Shown here piece by piece: positions 49,631-58,098 of a stretch of DNA of 64,000 nucleotides. Origin of the DNA: an uncultured Verrucomicrobiales bacterium (GTDB taxonomy: Bacteria > Verrucomicrobiota > Verrucomicrobiia > Verrucomicrobiales > DEV007); NCBI GenBank assembly GCA_938091905.1, contig CALKOM010000006.1, positions 1-64,000 on the forward strand, written 5' to 3'. The position numbers were made by a program, and so were the translations under genes. Numbering within the stretch: position 1 is the first letter of the stretch; each line of letters opens with the position of its first letter. The notes under the pieces were generated by a model. The model was given only the letters and a program-made list of their open reading frames with translations, was not told the DNA's origin and did not search any database.

Positions 49631-50893
49631 GTGGATCACTCCGTGATCCCGCGCTCCATCAGTTTGGCAACGCTTCAGCTGTTAGCTGGAGCGTTTCTAG
49701 GCCACACCAACGTTCACGCCGATTGGCCCCAGTTTATGGGGCCAAATCGGAATGGGGTGAGCGCGGATTCGATTGCTCTAGCAGATGCGCTGCCCGAGGA
49801 TGGGCTCGCGAAGGGGTGGTCCCACAAGCTTGGTGCTGGCTTTGCGGGGCCGATTGTAACCGGAGAACGTTGTCTGATCTTTCACCGTGAGGGCACTACG
49901 GCTCGTCTAGAATCCCTGCATGCGAAGACGGGGAAGGCCGAGTGGTCTTTCGACTATCAAACAGGCTATGTAGACCAGTTCGGATTTGATCCTGGTCCGA
50001 GGTCGACGCCGACTGTGGTAGACGATCGGGTTTTCATTCATGGAGTTGAAGGCACGCTTCATGCCGTCGATCTCAAGACAGGCAAGGCCCTCTGGAAACA
50101 TGACCTTGCGAAGGACTTCAATTCGCCCCCGGGATTCTTTGGGCGGTCGTCTTCGCCACTTGTTGTGGGGGATAAGGTGATGGTCGACATTGGGGGCCGC
50201 TACAGAGGCAAGCCGGCAACTCTCGTCGCTTTCGATGTCAAGACTGGTAAGGTTACTTGGACGGCGGGTGAAGGCGAAGCAGATTACGGAGCACCGATGC
50301 TTCTGCAGGTGCCAAGTGATTCCCCGACTGCTCTGTTCTTTGTCAGGAATGGGTTCCTTGGTGTTGATCCGGCCAACGGAATGGTTCGTTTTCAGGAGCC
50401 TTTCCGGTCACGTATCAACGCGTCTGTCAATGCGGCGAGTCCGGTCGTGGTGGGAGAGCGATTCTTCCTCTCTTCCTGCTATGACGTGGGGGCGGGCGTT
50501 TGGGAATGGGACGAAGGGAAATTGCGTTCTGTTTACAAAAAGCAGGGGGTGCTAGACTGTCACTTTAACACTCCTGTTTATTTCGAAGGGCATCTTTACG
50601 GCTTTCATGGCCGTCAGGAAACGGGCCAGGAACTTCGTTGTCTGGAATTGAACACAGGTGAGGTGAAATGGAAGGCACCGTTGCCCGCAGGCTCCGTCAC
50701 TATCGCCGATGGCAAACTTCTTGTCCTGACTGAGCGCGGTGAGTTGCTCGTGGGAAAGGCATCGCCTAGTGCTTGGCAGATACACTACCGAGCCCAGGTT
50801 GGCGGCGCCGAAACGCGGGCGCTTCCAGCCATCGCCGGCAAGTATTTCTATGTCAGAGACAAACGCCAGCTCAGTTGTGTCCAGTTACCTTAG
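49631..50893 (+). CDS. PQQ-binding-like beta-propeller protein
   Basis: ADWPQFMGPNRNG, GPRSTPTV, SSPLVVGD and TG...W repeats. Confidence 0.9.
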   Translation: MDHSVIPRSISLATLQLLAGAFLGHTNVHADWPQFMGPNRNGVSADSIALADALPEDGLAKGWSHKLGAGFAGPIVTGERCLIFHREGTTARLESLHAKTGKAEWSFDYQTGYVDQFGFDPGPRSTPTVVDDRVFIHGVEGTLHAVDLKTGKALWKHDLAKDFNSPPGFFGRSSSPLVVGDKVMVDIGGRYRGKPATLVAFDVKTGKVTWTAGEGEADYGAPMLLQVPSDSPTALFFVRNGFLGVDPANGMVRFQEPFRSRINASVNAASPVVVGERFFLSSCYDVGAGVWEWDEGKLRSVYKKQGVLDCHFNTPVYFEGHLYGFHGRQETGQELRCLELNTGEVKWKAPLPAGSVTIADGKLLVLTERGELLVGKASPSAWQIHYRAQVGGAETRALPAIAGKYFYVRDKRQLSCVQLP

Positions 50894-51671
50894 AAGACGA
50901 AGCTTCTGGGTTGTTCTCTTCACGTTATGCTGCAGTATTCGCGTGCTTGGCGGCGCTGAAGAGATTCCACCGCTAAATAAGCTCGTGCTATGGGCTATCA
51001 GCACAATGCCTTCAGGTGTTGGTTATGATGCGAGTCAGCAGGCTGTCGATCGCTTGGCTGCGAGTGTGACCGTCAGCAAAGATGGGAAGACCATTGAACA
51101 AGACCTCTCCGTAGCCAAAGCCAATTTCTGTTCCGGTGCGACCTATTTGGTGTTCCTGCGCGTCATTGAGGAGTTGCGTAGTAGAGATAGCCTAAAGCTT
51201 TTGCCAAAAGTCCTCGCGCGTTATGCCCATCTCGGCGTGGCCGATGGCGAGGAGATCTTTGGGCGCTGGAATGCGAACGGCCCCGGGACAGCCAAGCTCT
51301 TTGCTGAACTACGTTGCGGCACCAATTTCACCTCTTACGAAAAGGCAAGGCCGGGCGACTTCATGAAGATGTGGTGGAGTAATGAGATTGGATCGAAGGA
51401 GAGAGGGCATCTCGTGGTCTATCTTGGCAAGACGATACTCAAGGGCAAAGAGGCTGTCCGTTTCTGGTCATCGAATAACCCAGACGGCTATGGCGTGAAG
51501 ACTGTTCCCAAGACGAGGATCAAACGGGTTCTCTTCAGTCGCTTAGACAAGTACAGGCGCCTCAAGGACGCCGGGAAGCTTTCGCTGAAGAACGTCTTTC
51601 TGGCTGACATGCTGAGAAAACCCTTCACCTGGGATCAGGTGGTGAGGGAATGCCGCGTTTCCGAGAAGTAA
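50850..51671 (+). CDS. Secreted hypothetical protein, possible Cys-His (NlpC/P60-like) hydrolase; start uncertain
   Basis: Hydrophobic N-terminus after RRR, NFCSGATY, RPGDFM, GHLVVYLG and FWSSN. Confidence 0.6.
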   Translation: MSETNASSVVSSYLRRRSFWVVLFTLCCSIRVLGGAEEIPPLNKLVLWAISTMPSGVGYDASQQAVDRLAASVTVSKDGKTIEQDLSVAKANFCSGATYLVFLRVIEELRSRDSLKLLPKVLARYAHLGVADGEEIFGRWNANGPGTAKLFAELRCGTNFTSYEKARPGDFMKMWWSNEIGSKERGHLVVYLGKTILKGKEAVRFWSSNNPDGYGVKTVPKTRIKRVLFSRLDKYRRLKDAGKLSLKNVFLADMLRKPFTWDQVVRECRVSEK

Positions 51672-51687
51672 GGCATCACTGGGGACG

Positions 51688-51717
51688 TTGACACCCTCGT
51701 CCATTGTGGCCTACAAC
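51688..51717 (+). promoter_or_regulatory. sigma70-like promoter, leaderless configuration
   Basis: TTGACA-18nt-TACAAC-6nt-ATG(51724). Confidence 0.6.
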
Positions 51718-51723
51718 GGCACC

Positions 51724-53091
51724 ATGATGAAACGACGTGACTTCCTCCAAACCGGCGGGGCTGCTGGCCTTGCACTTTCCGCATCGAAATGGTCCGCCTA
51801 TGCTCAGGGTGAACTAGATGCCAAACCCAAGCGGGTTGGCCTTATCGGATCGGGATGGTATGGAAAGGTCGATCTTCTACGCCTGATCCAAGTTTCCCCA
51901 GTGGAGGTCGTTTCTCTTTGCGATGTCGATAGCAAGATGCTCAAGGAGGCCGGCGAGATCGTCGCGTCGCGGCAGAAATCTGGTAAGACACCGCGCCTCT
52001 ATCATGACTACCGCAAGATGCTGGCGGAGAAGGATCTCGATATTGTACTGATCGCCACACCAGATCATTGGCATGCCTTGCCGATGATCGAGGCAGTGGA
52101 AGCTGGAGCTGATGTCTACGTGCAGAAGCCCACTGGTGTGGATGTCGTCGAGAGCCAGGCCATGCTCGCGGCCGCGCGGAAACATGGGAGCGTGGTGCAA
52201 GTTGGCACGCAGCGACGCAGCACGCCGCATTTGATCGAAGCCATGAACGAAGTCGTCAAGGCTGGAAAGTTGGGCAACATTGCGCATGCGGAGATTTGTT
52301 GTTACTATCACATGCGCAACCGGAGTAACCATCCGGATACTACCCCTCCGGAGCACTTAGATTTCGACATGTGGACAGGCCCCGCGCCCATGCGTCCCTT
52401 CAATCAGATCATGCACCCACGTGGATGGCGTGCCTTCATGGAGTATTCCAATGGGATTGTCGGTGACATGTGCGTCCACATGCTCGACGCCGTGCGCTGG
52501 ATGCTCGATCTTGGTTGGCCAACGCATATCAGCAGCACCGGTGGCATCCTCGTGCAGAAAGATGCCAAGGCAAATACCACAGACACGCAATCTGCTAGTT
52601 TCGACTTCGGTGATATTACGGTGGATTGGAATCACCGTTCCTGGGGAGCGGCACCGGACCCGGAATACCCATGGGCCTTCTTTATTTACGGCGACAAGGG
52701 CACGCTGAAAGCCAGCGTGAACAAGTATGAGTTCATTCCTCGTGGAAAAGGTGCCAAGCCGATGAGTGGCAAAGCGCTCATCGAGTTCGATAAGTATCCT
52801 GAGGACGAGAATGAGAAGGATCTCGAAACCCACGTTGCTTCTGCCGTGCGAGGACACATGACGGATTTTCTGGCACGCGTTGCCGACCGTGGGCGCCCCG
52901 TGGCTGACATTGAGCAAGGGCACATCTCTTCCGCTTCCTCAATCCTTGCTAACATTGCCTTGGATCTGGGGCGGACGTTAGAATGGGACCCCGTTGCCGG
53001 GCGAGTGATCGGCGATCCAGAGGCGAACAGACGCCTGGCACGCCCTTATCGCGCTCCATGGGAACATCCCGATCCAAAGAGCTATTCGTAG
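51724..53091 (+). CDS. Tat-exported Gfo/Idh/MocA-family oxidoreductase
   Basis: KRRDFL Tat motif, VGLIGSG, IATPDHWH, DVYVQKP, QVGTQRRS and GDMCVHMLD. Confidence 0.93.
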   Translation: MMKRRDFLQTGGAAGLALSASKWSAYAQGELDAKPKRVGLIGSGWYGKVDLLRLIQVSPVEVVSLCDVDSKMLKEAGEIVASRQKSGKTPRLYHDYRKMLAEKDLDIVLIATPDHWHALPMIEAVEAGADVYVQKPTGVDVVESQAMLAAARKHGSVVQVGTQRRSTPHLIEAMNEVVKAGKLGNIAHAEICCYYHMRNRSNHPDTTPPEHLDFDMWTGPAPMRPFNQIMHPRGWRAFMEYSNGIVGDMCVHMLDAVRWMLDLGWPTHISSTGGILVQKDAKANTTDTQSASFDFGDITVDWNHRSWGAAPDPEYPWAFFIYGDKGTLKASVNKYEFIPRGKGAKPMSGKALIEFDKYPEDENEKDLETHVASAVRGHMTDFLARVADRGRPVADIEQGHISSASSILANIALDLGRTLEWDPVAGRVIGDPEANRRLARPYRAPWEHPDPKSYS

Positions 53092-53160
53092 GCTGAGGCG
53101 AGAACCACCGTTTCTATCCTGTCCGCTTGTTGGGAGATTGATCACTCAAGCGTCGAGGCG

Positions 53161-54063
53161 CTAGGCTAACCCAAACACGTGATCCATATTGGCGGATACT
53201 TCCTTTAGTCTAGCGATATCTCCTCCACCAACTTCTGCGGCACACCAGCCGTGAAAATTAATCTCTGTTAGCGCTTTGCAGACATCGGTGAAATCGAGAT
53301 CGCCTTCACCGATTTTAGTAAACTTGTTGGCTTTGCGGGAGAACCCTTTGACGTCGAGTTTGATGACGCGTTTGCCAAGCGCGCGAATCCAGTCACCCAT
53401 GGATCCGTATTTCCAGTGATTACCAATATCAAACTGCATCCCGACCCAGGGTGAATTGAATTCGTCGACATAGCGGACAAACTTCTCGGCATTCTGACCG
53501 GCAACACCTTCGTGATCGTAACAAAAGTGATTCCAGACATTCTCTATGGCGATCGCGACACCCAACTCGGCTGCCAAGGGAATGGCTTTGGCAATGTTCT
53601 CAATCGAGCGCGGCCATATCTCCTTCTCTGGTCCATCCTTCCCGTGGCCGACCACTAACAACAGCGTGTGACCGCCTACCGCCTTGGTCTGGCGAAGCCC
53701 TTCCTTCAATGCTTCTAGCGCTTTTGCGCGAACAGCAACGTCTGGATCGGTGTGTCGGACGTTCCAGTGCCCGGAATTGACCGAGCCATCAACAGGCAGG
53801 CCGGATTCCACGATAGCTCTCTTGGTTTCTTCGATATTAATACCAGGCGCATTCATTTCAATGCCATCGAACCCCGCATCTTTGGCGACTTTGAACTTCT
53901 CGGTCAATGATCCTGGCGCTTTCACCATGCCAATCTTCAGTGTCTTGAGCAGGCGTCCTTTTAACGGGAAAGAAGACTCAGCGCCAAAGGCGTAGAAGGG
54001 AGTTGCTGCCAAGGCTGTAGTGGTGTGAAGGAATCGGCGACGATTGTAGCGATCTGTTCTCAT
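53161..54063 (-). CDS. Tat-exported sugar phosphate isomerase/epimerase-like TIM barrel (xylose isomerase-like)
   Basis: NRRRFL Tat motif, AGFDGIE, IAIENVWN, QFDIGNH, KLDVK and GEGDLDF. Confidence 0.9.
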   Translation of the reverse strand: MRTDRYNRRRFLHTTTALAATPFYAFGAESSFPLKGRLLKTLKIGMVKAPGSLTEKFKVAKDAGFDGIEMNAPGINIEETKRAIVESGLPVDGSVNSGHWNVRHTDPDVAVRAKALEALKEGLRQTKAVGGHTLLLVVGHGKDGPEKEIWPRSIENIAKAIPLAAELGVAIAIENVWNHFCYDHEGVAGQNAEKFVRYVDEFNSPWVGMQFDIGNHWKYGSMGDWIRALGKRVIKLDVKGFSRKANKFTKIGEGDLDFTDVCKALTEINFHGWCAAEVGGGDIARLKEVSANMDHVFGLA

Positions 54064-54120
54064 GAGATCTAAGCTCCCTGATGGTGTGTCATCAAGTCAA
54101 GGTCCAACCGAAAGAGCCTG

Positions 54121-55545
54121 CTAGGCGAGGATATCGTGCACGACCTTGCCGTGGACATCAGTGAGGCGGAAATCCCTTCCCTGGAATCGGAAGGTGAGTT
54201 GTTCATGATCGATGCCTAACTGATGCAGAATGGTGGCTTGGAGATCATGGACATGAACGGGATTCTCGATCGCTCCGAAGCCTAACTCATCTGTTTGGCC
54301 GTAGGAGATGCCTGGCTTGAAACCGCCACCGGCGACCCACATGGTGTACGCGCTGACGTGGTGATCGCGCCCTGTGGGTTTGCGCAGTTCGCCCACTGGC
54401 GTCCGGCCAAACTCGCCGCCCCACACCACGATGGTGTTCTCTAACAAACCTCGTTGCTTGAGATCTTTAACCAAAGCTGCTGAAGCTTGGTCTACCTGCT
54501 TGGCTCGCAAGGGAAGTTCCTTTTCGAGAGATTCGCCGCCGCCATGCTGGTCCCAGCTTGTGTGATAGAGCTGAACGAAACGTGTGCCGCGTTCAACCAG
54601 TCGTCGGGCCAGGAGGCAGTTGTTGGCAAAGGAGGCTTCGCCGGGCTTGGCTCCGTACATGGCCAACGTGGACTTGGATTCCGATTGAACATCCATGAGT
54701 TCTGGGGCGCTGCTCTGCATGCGATAAGCCATCTCGTAGGCCGCAATGCGGGTGGCGATCTCCGGATCCCCAACCAGATCGAGACGCTGCTGATTGAGAT
54801 CTGCTAACGCATTGACGAAATCTCCCTGGCGCCGGTGATCGATACCCGGAGGGTTCGTGAGATTCAAGATCGGATCGCCACTGCCCCGAAACGGTACTCC
54901 CTGGTAAGTGGACGGAAGAAACCCGCTCGACCAGAGCGTGCCGCCTGCTCTGGGGCCGCGTGGCCCAGACTGCAATACGACAAAGCCTGGGAGGTTGTTA
55001 GACTCGCTACCGAGCCCGTAGGTGACCCAGCTCCCCATGGAGGGGCGACCGGGCTGCGGAGAGCCCGTGTTGACGAAGAGTTTCGCCGGACCGTGATTAA
55101 ACACGTCGGTCGACATGCCTTTGATGAAACACACGTCATCTACGATGGAGCGGTGATGGGGTAGAAGTTCGCTCAGCGTCGCGCCGCTTTGCCCATAGGT
55201 TCCAAATTCACGCTGAGGTCCTAGCAAACGTTCGTTCCCTTTGAGAAAGGCGAAGCGCTTCCCCTTCATCGCTTCCTCAGGCGGTTTCTGGCCGGAGTAC
55301 TTGGCGAGTAGAGGTTTGTGATCAAAGAGTTCCAACTGGCTCGGACCGCCGGCCATGAAGAGGTAGATGACATTCTTGGCTTTTCCCGTTTCCGGAGACG
55401 CCTTTGGCTCCATGGGATTGAGTGCTGCCGAGGCCTTTGGGCCAAGCAAAGAAGCCAGGGCCACGGAGCCCAGCCCCACCCGGCAATCTTCGAAGAAATG
55501 CCGTCGGGTTAGCGTTCTTAGATGGTTTTGATAAGCAAGGTTCAT
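54121..55545 (-). CDS. DUF1501 family Tat-exported protein
   Basis: TRRHFF, KAKNVIYLFMAGGPSQLELFD, CLLARRLVERG, WDQH, WGGEFGRTP and RLTDVHG. Confidence 0.93.
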   Translation of the reverse strand: MNLAYQNHLRTLTRRHFFEDCRVGLGSVALASLLGPKASAALNPMEPKASPETGKAKNVIYLFMAGGPSQLELFDHKPLLAKYSGQKPPEEAMKGKRFAFLKGNERLLGPQREFGTYGQSGATLSELLPHHRSIVDDVCFIKGMSTDVFNHGPAKLFVNTGSPQPGRPSMGSWVTYGLGSESNNLPGFVVLQSGPRGPRAGGTLWSSGFLPSTYQGVPFRGSGDPILNLTNPPGIDHRRQGDFVNALADLNQQRLDLVGDPEIATRIAAYEMAYRMQSSAPELMDVQSESKSTLAMYGAKPGEASFANNCLLARRLVERGTRFVQLYHTSWDQHGGGESLEKELPLRAKQVDQASAALVKDLKQRGLLENTIVVWGGEFGRTPVGELRKPTGRDHHVSAYTMWVAGGGFKPGISYGQTDELGFGAIENPVHVHDLQATILHQLGIDHEQLTFRFQGRDFRLTDVHGKVVHDILA

Positions 55546-55555
55546 AACAGAGCAA

Positions 55556-57784
55556 TCAATCTCGGGTCACAAATTCATCCAGGTTCACCACGACGCGGGC
55601 GATGGCGATCCACCCATCGTTGGTGTTGTCATGGGTCTTGAAGTACTGAAGTAGACGATCGGTTTCTGCTTGCGAAGGAGGGCGACAAAGGCAGAGGCGG
55701 AAACACTGCTCGATCCGTTGAGCCTCAGTTAGACTGACATCTCTCTGGAGGCGCTTGGCCAGCGCGCGGACGAGTTCCATTTGAGCAGGGTCGTTGGCCA
55801 AGGTCAGTGATTGTAGTGGTGTGTTCGAACGTTCCCTCTGAGTGCACGTGGTATTGAAGTCCGGCGTATCGAAAGTACTCAGCATGGGGTGAGGCGCACT
55901 TCGATAGAAGAACGTGTACATTCCGCGTCGATAGCGATCTGCTCCCTTGGCTGTCTTCCAAGACTTTTTATTCTGGGTGAAAGCATAGACACCATCTGGC
56001 TGCGGTGGGTAGACGCTCGGCCCGCCAATCCGTTTTGATAACAGGCCACTCGCGGACAAGGTGAGATCACGAACGACTTCGGCTTCAACACGAAATCGTG
56101 CCTGTCTACCCAGGAGGCGATTCCGAGGATCGGCTTGCATGAGATCGGCACGGTGATGAGAGCGCTGACGATAAGTGGCGCTGGTGAGGATGGTGCGATG
56201 CAGCGCCTTGAGCGACCACCCCTTGTCGATTAGTTCTGAGGCCAACCAATCGAGTAGTGCCGGGTGAGTTGGCGGCGTGCCTTGCATGCCGAAGTCGTTC
56301 TCCGTCTCGACCAAGCCACGTCCAAAGAATCGGATCCAAAGGCGATTGACCAGGACCCGTGACGTCAGCGGATGTTCGGGGCGAACTAACCATTCTGCGA
56401 GATCGAGCCGATTCCTTTGCTCGTCTGATTTCGCCAGTGGTGGCAGGCAGGCCGGGACATCCGGTTTTACCGCGTCGCCTTTGCGCAAAAAGTCGCCGCG
56501 AACATGAACGTGGGTGGGGCGCGCTTTCTCAAGTTCGCGCATGATCATGGTTTGTGGGTAACGTTTATCCCAATCGCGGAGAGCTTGTTCTGCCGTTTTT
56601 AGATCTGCCTTCAGTGTCTTATCGTTCTTGTTCTTCTTGAGAGCTTCTTTCCTGTCTTTTACGCGCTTGTCGAGCTGCTCCCGTTTGTTGAGCGCGGTTT
56701 TGGGAGCGAGGCGTAGCTGGGGGTTTCGGCTGTTCCTGTCTTCGCTGGAGTTGAAGAAGGCGAACATCTGAAAGTATTCCGCGTGGGTGATTGGATCATA
56801 CTTGTGGGTGTGGCATTGGGCGCACCCAACTGACAGGCCTAACCAGACTTGTCCCGTGGTATTGGTTCGGTCGACGGCGGATTCATTTCGAAACTGTTCT
56901 GGATCAGAGCCGCCCTCGGTATTGATCAACGTGTTGCGATGGAAACCTGTGGCAACAAGCTGGGCCTGTGTTGGTTTGGGCAAGAGATCGCCTGCCAGTT
57001 GCTCGATGGTGAAACTATCGAAAGGTTTGTCGGCGTTGAGAGCACCAATGACCCAATCTCGGTAAGGCCACATGATGCGGGCTCCATCAGGCGCATAACC
57101 ATCAGAGTCGGCGTAGCGTGCCTGGTCTAACCAATGTCGCCCCCATCGCTCTCCATAGTGAGGACCTGCTAGTAACCGATCCAAATAGCGTTCCTCTGCA
57201 TTTGGGTGGTCATCGCGTTCAAAGTCATCCACCGCATCTGGGCTGGGCAAGATTCCCGTGAGGTCCAGATGCAGGCGTCTTGCTAGAGTTGAGCGAGAGG
57301 CTTCCTCAGAAGGGCTGAGACGTTCAGATTCTAGTTGTCGGAGAATGAAAGGGTCGAGTTGGTGCCGTGTCCATTCTGAGTCTTTCACTTGAGGAGGAGG
57401 CTCACGTTGTATTGGGAGAAAAGCCCAGTGCGGTTCATAGGGTGCTCCTTCTGCTATCCACCGTTCTAACAAAGCAATTTGAGGCTCCGTCAGCGGCTTC
57501 TTCGTCTCTGGCGGAGGCATGAGATCTTCGAGATCGTGTGTGCGAAGACGAGTTACTAAAGGGCTCTCTGCTGGTTTGCCGGGAACAATGACGTCAGCGA
57601 TTGCAGTCTCTCGAAGATCCAGACGCAGGTCTGCCTTCCGCGACTTCTCATCGGGTCCGTGGCAAGTGAAGCAGTGATTGGAAAGCAGTCCCCGAATCTC
57701 GCGATTGAAACTGACTGGCTCCTCCTGAGCCGTGATGATACGAGGCAAGAAGATCAGAACGATGAGCCACCGGAGGAATCGCAT
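55556..57784 (-). CDS. Planctomycete cytochrome c / DUF1549 / DUF1553 (PSD1) protein
   Basis: CFTCHGPD, HWAF, YGERWGRHWLDQARYADS, CAQCHTHKYDPI, PTHPALLDWLA and NTPLQSL. Start set at ATG MRFLRW. Confidence 0.93.
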   Translation of the reverse strand: MRFLRWLIVLIFLPRIITAQEEPVSFNREIRGLLSNHCFTCHGPDEKSRKADLRLDLRETAIADVIVPGKPAESPLVTRLRTHDLEDLMPPPETKKPLTEPQIALLERWIAEGAPYEPHWAFLPIQREPPPQVKDSEWTRHQLDPFILRQLESERLSPSEEASRSTLARRLHLDLTGILPSPDAVDDFERDDHPNAEERYLDRLLAGPHYGERWGRHWLDQARYADSDGYAPDGARIMWPYRDWVIGALNADKPFDSFTIEQLAGDLLPKPTQAQLVATGFHRNTLINTEGGSDPEQFRNESAVDRTNTTGQVWLGLSVGCAQCHTHKYDPITHAEYFQMFAFFNSSEDRNSRNPQLRLAPKTALNKREQLDKRVKDRKEALKKNKNDKTLKADLKTAEQALRDWDKRYPQTMIMRELEKARPTHVHVRGDFLRKGDAVKPDVPACLPPLAKSDEQRNRLDLAEWLVRPEHPLTSRVLVNRLWIRFFGRGLVETENDFGMQGTPPTHPALLDWLASELIDKGWSLKALHRTILTSATYRQRSHHRADLMQADPRNRLLGRQARFRVEAEVVRDLTLSASGLLSKRIGGPSVYPPQPDGVYAFTQNKKSWKTAKGADRYRRGMYTFFYRSAPHPMLSTFDTPDFNTTCTQRERSNTPLQSLTLANDPAQMELVRALAKRLQRDVSLTEAQRIEQCFRLCLCRPPSQAETDRLLQYFKTHDNTNDGWIAIARVVVNLDEFVTRD

Positions 57785-58098
57785 AGGGGTAGATTGGCGC
57801 CGTTTCCCACCGGGGTCGAGCGGGGAATCTAAAGGTACACCGTTCTCCCGAAAGGAGTGCCCGTCGTCAGGGGTGAGATCACGGCATCCACCGCGAGGAC
57901 GCATCAGGGCACAGGACAAACGTGCTGAACCAAGTTGGGACGTTGGCTTTACTTTGTGTGTGATCTCTTCAGGCTCATTCTCGGTGATCAGCTCCTCGAG
58001 CTGAACGACTGCCGTGGTGAAGAAAGGCGGCTTACTTATTCGAAACATGACTCCCGGCTCGGGTACCGCTACGACTGAACGGGCTGCCCTTTCTACAA

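Noticed and set aside
57860..57912. Hammerhead ribozyme (CTGATG on the minus strand)
   Set aside because: The core reads CUGAUGC, and the required GAAA after stem II is absent.
57785..58048. 88-aa N-terminal extension of the DUF1553 ORF (likewise extensions at 17675-17797, 18806-18934, 38036-38164 and 46063-46131)
   Set aside because: Downstream ATGs give proper signal peptides or family N-termini; the extensions are longest-ORF artefacts.
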